Program-made: the position numbers and the translations under genes
Source of the DNA: Botryllus schlosseri
Taxonomy: Eukaryota
Assembly: GCA_051294905.1 (NCBI GenBank)
Contig: CM119380.1
Location: 21,886,001-21,950,000, forward strand
Direction: 5' to 3'
DNA length: 64,000 nucleotides
Shown here: positions 25,624-38,658 of the stretch, in pieces
Numbering within the stretch: the stretch's first letter is position 1
Layout of the letters: each line of letters starts with the position of its first letter
The notes under the pieces: model-generated
The model's database searches: none
The model's input: only the letters and a program-made list of their open reading frames with translations
What the model was told of the DNA's origin: nothing

Positions 25624-28600
25624 GGATTATTCAAGTGGATACCAAGTCGAGCTCGAAATTCTCCGCCAAACCGAAGGTCGTCCAGAGTGAAAGACAGTTT
25701 ACCTACCGAGAGGCGCCCTCTGCGTTCTGTACCAGTTGTTGGACCGGATTGCAGAGTGGAACCGGAGAGACTAGTTGCCGAATATGTCGAAAAGGAAGCT
25801 GCGGTAAAAATTATTGTCAGCGTACATTAAAAAAAATTATAGGACTGCTATTCTGATACTAACTTCACTTCTAGGCCACCAAGACATATATTACCATGTA
25901 AAATCTTATTAGTGATAGAGACCTTGGTAAATTATCCGACACTAGGCCAGGCTGTCGTGTCATATACCATTGTATTTGATTACCAGTGAACTCGGCACTT
26001 GGTGAATTCGGCCGGACAAACTCGGCACTTGGTGAACTCGGCACTTGGTGAATTCGGCCATTGGTGAATTCGGCCATTGGTGAACTCGGCCCTCGGGAAA
26101 TTTTGTAATAAAAATGCATTAAATATATATATCAGATAATGAAGAATCACGTGCCGTGGTAGATCGCGTAGCGGTAACGGTCACCATGATTGGTTACTGG
26201 AATGTTTGCCGGTGAACTCGGCACTAATCTTGAGATACCCCAACCCACCTCCAATCCCCCTTTTCCCCAACCGTAATATCCCCCTCTCACAACCCTAATA
26301 TACCCCTATCCCCAACCCTAATCTTGGGATACCCAACCCCGACTTTGACCCTAACCCACCTCCAATCCCCCATTCTCTAACCCCAATCTCCCACTAACTC
26401 CCTACCCCGCCTCTCCCAACCCTAATCTTGGGATACCCTAACCAACCGCCAATCCCCCTTTCCCCAAACCCTAATATCCCCCAACCCTAATATCCCTCTT
26501 TCCCCCAAAACTAACACCCCCTTCCCAACCCTAATATCCCCCTTTCCCCCACCCTAATACCCCCACCCCAACCCTAATATCCGTCTCTCCAAAGGCACAA
26601 AAAAAAAACAATATATTTTGACGTATAAATTTTTGTTCGTGTTCGTGGGAAACATTTATTGGTGATCCTTTAAAACTTCGTTATTACATCAGAGATCCAT
26701 CTTCTCAAAAGTCGTACGTCCGTCCCTCGCCAAGTCAAATCAACACTGAGCCGACCACGCGTGGTCGATATGTGAACGTCGCGTTATCTCCCGCGCTTGC
26801 GCAATCCGTGATCACATGATCTAATCACGACGTGACTGCGTGATCTACATATGCCCTGACCTCCTTACAAGATTGACGAATCACTTGATAATACTATTAT
26901 TAGTTTAATAATTCATATTAATAGCTGTTAATACACTTTAAATTCATATTCATAGTTGTTAATACACTTTATTACAAAATTTCCCGATGGCCGAATTCAC
27001 CAAGTGCCGAGTTTGTCCGGCCAAATTCACCAAGTGCCGAGTTCACTGGCAACCTTGTATTTAATTGCTTCATTGATCATTTGCTACCATCGTTTAATTT
27101 TTCTTCTATTTTTTTTTACTACCGTAACATTTTTTACAGCCAGACTGTTTAGAGTCAAGTGTACCTGTTTGATGCTGGTGTGATCAGACTAGATGACCTT
27201 CACGGTCTTATCGATCATTCCTATCTAATACCGAATGCTGTGCACGCATATTTTCTGTACCACCATCACTGCCGTTTGTTAGGTATTTTGGTTGGATGAA
27301 AATAAAGACTCTCTCTCTCTCTCTCTCTAATCGGTGTCTTGTGAAGGGCTCCACTCATTTTTTATTCAGGCTTCAAAGCCGGTATTGCTGAATCATGTTA
27401 GGATCTTCATCTTTAGACCTATCGACTGTATTACCCTGACAGTGATATTCTGATATTTTCTTTTAGCTGTTCGGTACTGTTCCAAACATTGAGACCAAGT
27501 TTGATGCTACCGACAGAGCTGCCTTATTGAAAATATTAGATGAACAGCAGGTATGTTTGGCATGTATGTTAAGTATAGTGCACTATAGCGCACGCGCCAG
27601 TTTCATGAAAGTATCAGAATTTTTAGGCACTGTTATGCATACCTAGAGGATTGACTGCCCCCATATAAGATGCAGGCTACGTTAGGGTTGTTAAAAAAAC
27701 TTTTTCTTCAGATTTCACTGGCTGCTTGATAAAATTGTTAGGTTTGTTAAAAAGAACGCTGCACACCAACTTTGGCTCAATTCCAACCAGTAGAAGCGAG
27801 GTTCTTGCAGTAGAAAGTTTTCAATTTATCATTAAAACATAGAAAAAAAAATTCAAAATTTTTCTGTCGACCCCATAAAATTGTTAGGCTGTCGGTAGAG
27901 ATGATCCACACCAAATTTGGTTCAATTCCAACCACTAGAAGCGAAGTTATTGCAGTAGAAAAATTTGGATTAGAATAAAATAGTATTTGCGGTGGCTACT
28001 CTTTAATTATTTATTATAAAATCATAGAATTAGAAATTTTTCTACTGCAATAACTTCGCTTCTAGTGGTTGAAATTGAGCCAAATTTGGTGTGCATCTTC
28101 TCTACTGACAGCGTAACAATTTTATGGGATCGACAGAAAAATTTTACAATTTTATTTTTATATTTTTTAATGATAAATTCAGAACTTTCTAAACTGCAAG
28201 AATCTTGCTTCTACTGGTTGAAATTGAGCCAAAGTTGGTATGCAGCGTTTTTTTCACCAATCTAACAATTTTATCAAGTAGCAAGTGAAATCTGAAGGAA
28301 AAGTTTTTTTTTTCAACAGCCCTAATGTACGTCTTATCCCTTATACATAAGAATAACGTTTTTTTTAATACTCCCTTGTACCCCAGCTTTTAACAGCTAT
28401 CCACATACAATGCATGTGGTAGCTTTGTACTCAATTCATAATAAGAACCAGAATACAAAACCTGGGTAATTCGATTGTGAATCGAGTATTGGGCTTCAAG
28501 TCAGTCGAGTATTTGAGTATCACTCGTTATGATGTCATAGCAGTATGAATGTCGCATTTTCTAGCTTTGGCAGTATGCCTGACTGCCTGTAGCACCTACA

Positions 28601-31600
28601 CCCAGCTAACTTTCCTGGCTTAAAGTTCGTCCATTTGTGCAAATTTCATCGGTAAAATCGTTTCAGAATGTTGCATTCTAAATACGCAACGATTTGTTAC
28701 ACGTTTTCAGACATCTCTAACTGTAACCTTGATAGCCTATTTGCTGGCATACACATAACCATGGTAACAAGTGCATTTTTTCCGTCTTCAGGCAGTGGGA
28801 CAGTTAAAAAGCCATCTCTTTCATGATGACGATATTATCATTACGTTTTCTGTACACAATATCAAACTCTTGCGCAGAGACGGTAAGTAGCCTAATTGAT
28901 ATTTGCCGAGTCTTTTGTCAAGCGCGATAACCAATCCTATCCGGTCCAGGTGAAAAACTTATCCAAAGAATCGTTACTCATAAAATCGCCGCTGTAGGCT
29001 ATGTCCGTGACGACCAACAGCACATTGTATTCATCAAATTCGGTAAGAGTAAATATCATTTTGTAACCGTTAATTAAACGTGATTGGTGAGACTTAATGA
29101 CAGCCTTTGATGATTCAGGTTTCGAGGTATGATTATTGTGTTTTCATAAATTTCTGGTAGTGCACCTATTCCTGAGCGTTTGTCATCACCAACTTTGTGT
29201 ATCAGCATGATGAACTCCCCGATGTATGTGTTATGCAATTTTGTCTCTTTGATTAACCGTGATTAAGGACATAGTCAATAAGACATTCATTACTGCAATG
29301 GCCCATCCTCAAGTACCAATACATTTACAAGAAATTATAGCTCCTGATGTTGTTTTTACCACCCATGATATTGCTGGTTTGCATTGCGGTATATATTATG
29401 AAACTTGATACCATGTAATATACTATAGTCTGGTACATTTTATTATATATTTATGCATATACCTTTCATTCATTTTACAGCTTCAGAGACAAACCCAAAG
29501 ATGTGCAACTTGACTTTACTCAATTGCAAGAGTAAGGTAGGTCTATGGAAATTCTAACTTGAAATTCTAACTGAATCAAACAGGCTGTATTCAACTTTGA
29601 GCGATGATATTCAGTGACAGTAAATGTAGTTGATAGTGCAATCTTCGAAGTATGTTATTCATCAAGATTTTTGAAATTAGTGATGGATAAGAGGAATATG
29701 ATTTTAGCTTGAATCACAGAAGATTGATGGTATATACATTTTATAGCACTAGTACACTTATCACTTATCTATGAGTCAATTGTTATTTTATTGCTTCTCT
29801 AAGAATTCCTTCACTATGTTCTAGCCCTTTGATGAGGCTTTTTGCCCATTCAGGTGCAACGAAGCATGTCGAAATGGGGATATTTATAAGAGGTTTAACC
29901 AGTAAACAATACTGTAGTAATGGTGGATGTTTCGTCACAGTCTTGTGGCTATATAAAGAAGCGTTTCTATATTCTCCAGCCATATCCTATTTCGTCGGCG
30001 TACCTGAACAAGCTAGTGTGCTGCCCTGTTTTCCAAATCGTATGACAAACACTTATGATAGGCTGCCTGTTAAAAACGTTTTGTCAAGTTTGTTGCAATT
30101 GATATACTTTTGAATCCTTGAAATAAATTGCACTTGTGACATAATATGACAACATGGATAAATTTAATTACAACAAACAAAAATCCATGGTCATCTGTTT
30201 GTCTTGGTATTTAATAGAATCATCTTTAGTGGGACTGGGTAATCTTGCCCTTGCCTGGATGTATGTGTCACACTTTTAGGCTAATAATCAAGCGGTACAC
30301 AACTGTTGAGCAAACGTTTTCCGTTTGTAGGACGCCGCAGAAGAAGTTTGCTCCTTGGCCCGCCAAATATTCCAGCTGGTGTACACTGACTCGGCGATTG
30401 ACTTTCTTGACAAATCCATCATGGTCGGTGCTATTACTCCAAAAAATCATTCTTACAGTACCGGTGAGATTTTACGTCTTTTGTATACTGGTAGTTGGCA
30501 GTATACAGTATCTTGGTGTTCTTTTGTTTCCTGTTTTCTTTTGCCCTTTTATTTAATTGAAAGTCGATATATATATATAGTTGGCAGCGTTGAATCAGAA
30601 AGTGCTCTTGATTTTTATCACTTTTCTTTTTGACCGACTTCCTGGACTAGTTGCATTTCAACTTGCACAGTTTTGCAGCTGGATCACTGTATGCCTTTTT
30701 GGATTTTCCCCGAGTCCATCAAGATTGTATATATATATATTCTTTTATCACTACATCCATCGCAAGGATACATATATTATAACTCGAAGACCTTTCAGGT
30801 GCTGTTATCAAGAGTTATCGGCGCACCAAAGCTATATGAAATTATTAGGCAAAATATGACGCTCGGTTATAGGCGCCGAAAAGTCTTGCAATAAATGTAT
30901 TCTCGCAATCTATGTTTTGATGAAAGCAGCATTCAAGTACTGTACCATAAACCAGCTATCTAACATTCATATTTGCTATCAGAACTTTGGTACCGGCACA
31001 CCTATCCCTAATACACTTGTAGGGTCTCGATCGAGTAATCTTAAAACTGTTTGCGCCATCGTGAAACAGTTGCTCCCTGTCTTGCAAATCGCTGCCGTTT
31101 CGTCAGCCTTTGATGCTCGATTGTTCATTTATTTGTTTATTTTTTAGACGATTCTGAAAAAAGAGATCCTGTCACTGTAATAACTGACGACAACACCGAA
31201 GAGTAAGTGCTCCTAGTCTCAAAACTTGAAGTTCTGCACCTCGAAGAGTGTCTGTGAAAATTGAAGTTTTCTGCTCATTTAGGCAAAGACGTAAAAGCAC
31301 AGAGTCACTACCTACCTCAAACAGCGCAAACAGACACGGAACTTCCAATACAGACGTTCGATTTCGGCCCAGCACCGGTCAACTGTACGCGCTGCCGAAA
31401 TTACTATGAACGTTCCCCAATTACATTGCACGCATGATTTGCAGCTCCGAGATGCGTCCTAGGTCCAGCTCGACCTTGCCGATCATGTCGCGAACGCACC
31501 GGCGTTCCGGTAGCAGCGGTTCTTCCGGCACCAACCCGGTTCCGTCCTCGAGCTCGATTCATTTGAGAAGTCCGACAAGCTCCGCGAAACGCACAGGGGC

Positions 31601-34600
31601 GCAAGCGGAGTTCCAAATCCCGGACTATCTGGCTGTTGTAAGTTTGCTGTAGGCTATGACCGGGGACTTGACATGAATATCTGTATGGGGTTTCTTGTCA
31701 GCAAAATTTGCAACCGAAGGAAGATGTGGAAACGACCAAGTATGGTAAAGTAGTCGTAAAGTAGAAGTAAGTGTTCTAGGCTTAGTTTTGCCTGAAATTA
31801 AATCTGGTAATTAGATGTATCCTTAAATCAAAACCACATGAGTTTGAGTATGCATTGCAACTATTTGAGTACCGTAATTTTCCATGTATAATGCACAAAA
31901 TTTTCACGATTTTTTGCCCTAAAATAGGGGGGTGCGTATTATACATGGGTACAACAAGCCTTGAAAAAAATCTCCCTCGATAAAAAACTTGAAATCACAC
32001 CTATCATGTTTGTTTCCAATCGCGCATCACTTTCAGCCAGCGCGCGTAGTAATTCGTATTATAGAGTGTAACGCTGCCAATTACTGGGAAGCGTGTTGCC
32101 AATTAACAAGAGTCACGCGATCTCCTGCTGAGTTGGTTTGCCATTTGTACTCGAGCGAAATTAGATCACTAATAGACACTCGCGCGCGGCAATTCTCGCC
32201 AATTCATCGCGTCAACGACAGGCCCGAACAATCGCATATGCAATTTATACATATACAAGAGGCCATGTGCGCTAGATATAATCGCTTGCGTAATCACTAA
32301 TCAGTCGCATCTCCAACAGACCTGTTGCGCATGACATAACCGTTAGCCTAGGCGCAATCGCATCTGTAATAGGCATCGGGCGAAAGATGTCGGTTCGTTG
32401 GCCTAAACTAACTCGCAGCCGGCCTCACAGGCTTTGGCTGCTATCTACTATCGTTTAGAGACAATACCGTTAATTGTATAATGATTAGCTATCGCATCTG
32501 TAAAAGGTCTCCTAGTGCTCAAGATGTCGTGTCGCTCGCCTGAACTATCGCGCCGCTTGCCTCGCAGGCTTTGGCTGCTATCTACTATCGTTTAAAGACA
32601 ATCCCGCTAATTGTCTAATGATTAGCGATCGTTGTGTAATGATTGTTCAAGAGTGACATCGCAAAACAGAATGACATCGTGTACGAAATCGGAACTATTC
32701 CTGTACTGAAATGCAGGGTGCGTACTATACATGGGTACAGGCTTTTTCCCAGAATTTACATGCTATTTAGGGGTGCGTATTATACATGGGGGCGTACTAT
32801 ACTTGGAAAATTACGGTACTTCTAAAAAGTAGAAATAGGCTACTTTGTCACCGAACATCCCTGTTCTCAATCCTATATCTACCTTAACCGACTGGTATTA
32901 ATGCCCAACGTAGCAGTGTCCAATCTTGATGTTTCTTTTGGCGCTGCTTCGCGCTTTTCATTCATCGAGTGATCTTTCTATAGGATTTTTTGTAAAGTTA
33001 GGAACAGCGGCACACGTGACGAGGTTAGAGTTGGTCAGAGTAGTCTACGTTTCTGCTCGAATAGAAGTAATGTCGCAAATTTCTACTCGGGTACAAGTAG
33101 AAGTAGTAATCTAAAATGATAACCACCTTAGGAAGTAGTGAAAGTAAGCATAACTTTCTTGAGAACTTCAAAAAAAGGGAGGTACTTTGCTACTGAGTTC
33201 CACTGCCAACACTTTGAAACTATCGGCAGCCCGGATTCGAGCCGCGGTCTCTCGTGCCAATGGCGGTGGTACTAGCCCTGACCGTCCGCGTCAACTCTTT
33301 AGTCCTTGTTTGTAAAGCTTGTGCTGAGGACCTGCGCCATTTCAGCTTCAAAAGGAATTTACCCGCAATGAACTGCGCGAGTTCGCCGACCTGTTGCAGC
33401 AGTTTCGAATGGGAACGCTGACTATACGCGATCTGTCGGTTAAACTCTGGGAGCTGTACACCGACACCCGGAAGCATTTGCTGCTTGGTGGGTTTGCCTT
33501 CTTCGATTTCACCAGGTTGCTTTATGAAGTTGCCAGTGAATCTGGTACTTAGTGTATTCGACCAGGTTGTAACTAAGACGCAAGGTTCCGAGTCACAAGT
33601 CAATCTCATTTTTATAGTTTTGACTCGAGTCAAGTCCGAGTCCAAGTCTGCTAATAAAGGGTCGAGTCTGAATCAAAGTGTTTTGACTCGAGTCCGAGTC
33701 ATTATGCTCACAGGTCAGTTTTCAGTTCAATTTGCTTCAACCCACTTTTTCAACTCTGCTCAAATGATAGAATGGCTCGGCATTCATAATATTGTAATTT
33801 TCCTCAGTCTTAGCAGTTTCTGGCCAATTTTTTTAGGATCAGGACTGATAGACGAGGCGCCCGTAGTGTGGTGCCTTTACTATTCTTCGGAGTTACAATG
33901 AAATGTCTGTCTTGGCCATCCTAGTCTCGAGTCATGTGATTTGGTTCGACTCGTGCACAATGACTCAGTACAAGTCGAGTCAATACAAAAATTGACTCAA
34001 GTCAGGTCGTTTTACGTATTCGAAAAAATCACCATCCTGGAATTCGGCACTTGAATTTGACATCAGAATTACAACTAACATAATGATGCGATGCATTGGA
34101 TGCATCGATATTGCATTAATGAATTCGAAATTGAATGTTTCACTTGACATGAGCTTGAGTTGTGATAGTACGGCACTTGGTGAATTTGGAATTAGAAATG
34201 CAATAACTAAATTATAACTATATACAAAATTCATCAATATTGTAGCACTAAATTTAAAAATGAATGATTCGTTGAATATGAGCGTGAATTGCGATATACA
34301 GCACTTGGTGAATTTTGCAAGTTGAATTTAGCGATAGAAATAGAATAGCCATTATTATTATTATCATGAAAGCGTTTCATCAATATCTAATTTCAAAATG
34401 AATATGAGTGTGAATTGTGTATCAATGTGTTCGTGTTAGGATTAGCTGTCAAGTGCCGAATTGACGGATAACCCCTAACGGTGATTTTTCTACGTCAGGC
34501 ATGCGGCACTTCATCCCAAACCCGACCGACTTGTCATACTTTGACCAATTTTTGAAAGACCATCAAGCCGATCAGAGCTCTTCGGATTCTGCCTCGTACG

Positions 34601-37600
34601 GGTGCGTTTGAGATTAGGTTACGCGTGTTTGGCTATGGGTAACGCGTTTGAATTTTTAAGATGGTGGACAGAGGCGCCGCGTGTCTCGAGCTCGGCGCAA
34701 TCGGAAGACGGCAGCGTTTCTACCGGGGCACATGTAACCGGTAAGGCCCACGCTTTCACTAGTATCTGCCGTTAATATTTTCCCTGGTGTTCTGCCTTGG
34801 TTTGTGACGTATAGTTGAGAAAAAAGGTGGTTAGTTTTTTAATGATAACATGGCGTCACTGATACTCCGTGACATAGTAAGAACATATAATTTCACAATA
34901 TCCTAGTCGATTTGCACATCCTGTCGACTCAGACAGGTGGGTGTGGGGCTAGATTTAGATTTTTGTTGTTGATTGATTGTATATAGGTTAGGTATTCCGG
35001 GGGAATAAGCCTTAATCCTACGAATTGCAGCTAGCCCTCTCTTATGTTTACAATTGAATAGTATATTCATATTAAATGAACCCGAAGATTTTCGGCTGGC
35101 ACTCGTCAGGGGTAATCGTCAGCAACTAGTAGAGAATTGGAAAGAACATTGTATATCGACAATCGTATCACGAAATATGACGTCACCGGCATGAAATGAA
35201 ATCTCAAATAAGAGAGCGTTCAATGTACTATTTTAAAATGGTACACGTCACACGAACTCATTTTGTAGACAAAGCTTGGGCTGATGTATTTTCATAAAGG
35301 TCGTCCCCAAGGCACACAGGTCAAAGTGTGAGCGGTGCCTCCCAATGAGGCGAAATTGGTCGTCTCGATAATTTTTTTCACAAGCGAGATTGCCCTACAG
35401 ATGTTCACCAATGGCAGAATTTATGGCCTTTGAATGTCGCTTAGCCTCAAGCTTGAGCGGATGAGTTAGGGGTGAGCTTTTCACCGGGCCAAGCTTTGCC
35501 TACAAAAGGAGTTCGTGTACCATCTTATTTGAGATCTCATTTCATGCTGGTGACATAATATTTCGTGACACGATTGTTGATATACAATGTTCTTTCCAAT
35601 TCTCTACTAGTTACTGATGATTATCCCTGACGAGTGTCAGCCAAAAATATTCGTGTTCATTTCAATATGAATATACTATTCAAATGTATATTGAAGCTCT
35701 GCACCTCCAAGAAGCTCTTAACTTTACATAAACTGAGTTCTCGTTGAAGCGAATCAATAGTGATTCTTTTGTTGCAAGGCTGCTTGGTGTTCATATGGTA
35801 GTAATGTAATCTATTAGTTTCTTCATATTCTTTGTCGTCGTTCCGAGATATCGGTGGAACAATATCAACTACAAAACAATCAAGCCATGTATTATAGCCT
35901 ATTGTTATTTGTTAACGAAAATATCAATGGGCATTGTGTGGGAGACGAGCCACCTCCGTCATTCTTGATGAGAATGGCCAACTTTTTCCAATTACGAACG
36001 AGTGATATGGAATCGCGTCAAAGCAAACGGCAAGCATCGGTTGTGTTATAGACCTCTCGTCGAGCGAATCCGAACACACTCTAACTCCTCCTGTCCTGCC
36101 GTACAAAGACGGCGGGATATTTGACAATTTTGTGATGAGCTCCTATGCCAGACCGAGGCCAACGAAATCCGGTAAGGGCTGCTTGGCACGTCCACTAACA
36201 CCCGCGTGTCTTGCGAGATGTCCCAAAAATAACTTGATTCATGCCTATCCTTTTGTGCTCTACTCTTGCTATGTCTCTTGGCGCAATCTACATACTGGTT
36301 ACTGGGACGATTTGAGTGGAGTGTGCATTGTAACGATGGATTAGAGTAGGTTCGATTTCTACGAGTATGGTAAAAAAAGAGTCGCCTTCACAAACAGGGT
36401 AATATTCATTTAATCAACGGCAAATGTAGTTTCAATACTACGGTCGAACCATCGAAACCTTGGCTGTCCGTGGTTCAGCATCGCTAAAACACGTCGCACA
36501 GGGCTACGAATGTTCATGCAACGACATTTTTGTCCAGTAGGGGTCGACCCTCAAAATGGTAAAAAGCACTACGAAATATCTGGGTTTAGAAATAAGAAAT
36601 TTATTTTGAATGGTGTGTAACTGGCAACATTTTGATTTCGGTCAGATATATATTTGAACTTTTCAAGATATTATTGGTGTTGTTTTTTCATAATACGTGG
36701 TACTCGAATACTTGACTCAATTCGGAATCATCTAGTTACCAGTACTCCATTTTGCCCAGCCCTCTTGGTTAGAAACCACAGAGTGTGCATCTTGTAATAG
36801 CTGTTTTTTGATGGTGGTTAAATTTCTTCTTCCATGTTGGCCGTTGGGTGCCCACACCCATAACAGCTCAATGCTCTATTTTCCGTGTTTCCGTGCTCTA
36901 CAGATTAATTTGAATCTTTCGAAGCATTTTTCATCTGCTATCGGGCATTCTTTCGCAAGGCTAGCCCTTAACGCTGTTTGCCTCGATTTTTCAGCGAACG
37001 GAACACCACCAAGACGGGCTTTTCACCTTATTGACTCGCCGTTCGTTGATGAGCCATCTTATTCCGCACTTCATGTAACTTCGGTGGCTGCTGTTCCATC
37101 AGGTTTTGGAGATACGTCCAACGATTCAGGTAGGCAAGATTGACTGCCGCTCTGTCGGTAGTGCGGGTGAGGTGGTCAGTAACAAAGTGGAGTACTAGAG
37201 TAGGTTTAGCCTACTTGTACTACTTACTCAAGTGGGTATGTTTTCGGCAGAACTACCTACCATTTTGATAGTGTATACTTATGCTTGAATTGAGCAGATA
37301 TTTATGACGTTACTTGTAGTTGAGTGGCAAATCTGACTACTTCGGCCACCACTGGTGCCGTTTTAAGCGATTGTTCTTTTTATTCAGATTCAGAGACGAA
37401 TGTAAGCAGGACTTCAAGCGCAAAGATGGTATGTTGACAATGTTGGTCTAACAGGCGTCCACATACTTCGGCAAACCGAGTGACTGCCTCAAAGTCTGTC
37501 TCATCCCTAATACGACGATAACACCACTTACAACTTCATTACCACGTGTTTGAGTATGTGAGAACCATGCTGACGGCTCTCAACTTGTCCTGGCGATACA

Positions 37601-38356
37601 AAATTTTATCTGTAGTAGTCATCATCCAGATGTTTCCAAAAGTTATAATTGGGGCGATTTTTTGTCATGTCAAAAAAAAGGTCAAAATTGTAGCGTTAGG
37701 TCAAAAAATTACCGTAATACGTGGGGTAGGGCCAGATTCGTACAGACAGTTCGAACCAGAAATGAAGATAAGTACTACAATTCTAACATTATATGGGAAA
37801 ACACCTAATTTGCATACGTTGGGTCAAAATCAAGTTTTTTGAGGTAAAAAAAAGTCAAAATGTTGATTTTTAGGTCAAAATCTTCCGTTTTTTAGGTCAA
37901 AAAAATCGCCCTAGTTATAACATTTGTGATGACACCAGGGTTACCATATTTTGGACATATCCTCCTAAAAGAGGACGTATGTTAACCCTATATGACACCC
38001 ATTCATGTTCCATTGACTGAATCAGGATTACCGGGTCCAATGAAAATAACTCGTTAGTGGCAATCCTAGATTGAAAGATCAACCTCTCACCGACCGCTTA
38101 CAATATCCAAATGCTAGTCGAGTAGCAGACCGTTTGTGTATTCTAATCCTAGACGCCATCAAAGGACGACACAAACGTGCGACAGCGAAGGCAAGGTAAA
38201 GAAAGGCGGAAATCAGAGCTGTCTTCGAACGAGTCCAAAAGGCCATCATCAGAACACTTCGCAATGCCACCTCTTCAGGATTTTGATGTCAGGCAACAAA
38301 AGGAGCATAGAAAAAAGAAGAAACACAAGAGGGACTCGATTACTGTCGCATTATGA
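25624..38356 (+). CDS. CCM2: CCM2/malcavernin orthologue (PTB domain, harmonin-homology domain, long C-terminal tail); first coding exon uncertain (24745-24765 or 24823-24885)
   Basis: Exons 25624-25803, 27467-27550, 28792-28882, 28950-29042, 29481-29536, 30331-30463, 31148-31202, 31283-31384, 31445-31637, 33346-33487, 34499-34601, 34661-34740, 36052-36171, 36995-37129, 37388-37428, 38153-38356, all phase-consistent. Peptides [96 protein letters not shown] match recalled human CCM2 (TERRPLHTV, HDIAAVSYVRDD, VYTESTIDFLDRAI, LRPFIP). Confidence 0.93.
25978..27054. mobile_element. Foldback DNA transposon with long repeat-built TIRs and an internal CCCTAA-rich array
   Basis: Inverted arms of (GTGAACTCGGCACTTG)n, perfect 8-bp TSD TTGTATTT, internal degenerate CCAACCCTAAT repeats at 26230-26580. 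Confidence 0.88.
27063..27328 (+). mobile_element. Retroposon 3' end with AATAAA and (CT)n tail
   Basis: An inverted copy lies at 22933-23056 plus 23535-23670, where the SINE and gap interrupt it. Confidence 0.75.
27683..28324. mobile_element. hAT-type palindromic MITE (family A)
   Basis: TAGGGTTGTT..AACAGCCCTA ends, long internal palindrome, degenerate TSD (GGCTACGT/ATGTACGT). Confidence 0.8.
31870..32818. mobile_element. Family C TA-flanked element, second copy in opposite orientation
   Basis: TACCGTAATTTTCC / GGAAAATTACGGTA ends, internal sequence is the reverse complement of 16127-16967. Confidence 0.85.
33563..33982. mobile_element. GACTCGAGTC-rich hAT-type MITE (family D)
   Basis: Colinear with 39426-39965. 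A short copy at 54287-54405 has TIRs and a TSD. Confidence 0.75.
35051..35686. mobile_element. TA-flanked foldback MITE with arms of about 220 bp
   Basis: 35051-35285 is the inverted copy of 35482-35686 (CAATTGAATAGTATATTCATATT / AATATGAATATACTATTCAAATG). Confidence 0.85.
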
Positions 38357-38658
38357 TGTTATTGAAGATACTCCGTCCGCATCGTGCATGCTACAAACGA
38401 ATTGACCCACTAACCACGTAGCCTGACTAGAATACTTTTTTTTCAACTAGAATGGCGCTTCCCATGTTCCTGGTAACTATCTAATTCAAGGATGTGCTGC
38501 TAGTACCAGTCAACAAGAAACCATTCTATGATATTTTTATGTATTGGTTCATGTGTTACTATATTTAATATTTCGAGCCGCTATAGAATAGCTCTTTGGT
38601 GCTCTATTATACTACTTTCTGCATGTCCGACAATGCCTTTTCTATCCAACAAGTTCTT

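Noticed and set aside
26230-26580. True telomere or chromosome-fusion scar
   Set aside because: The repeats are degenerate and enclosed by TIRs and a TSD.
33225-33292. tRNA-like sequence on the minus strand (GGCTCGAATCC B-box-like)
   Set aside because: The A box and stems are too degenerate; at most a decayed SINE head.
33220-33645. 141-aa minus-strand ORF
   Set aside because: It is the antisense shadow of the CCM2 HHD exon (33346-33487) plus a family D MITE.
35854-36001. Extra CCM2 exon upstream of 36052
   Set aside because: Poor acceptor and no CCM2 similarity; exon 34661-34740 already bridges the phases.
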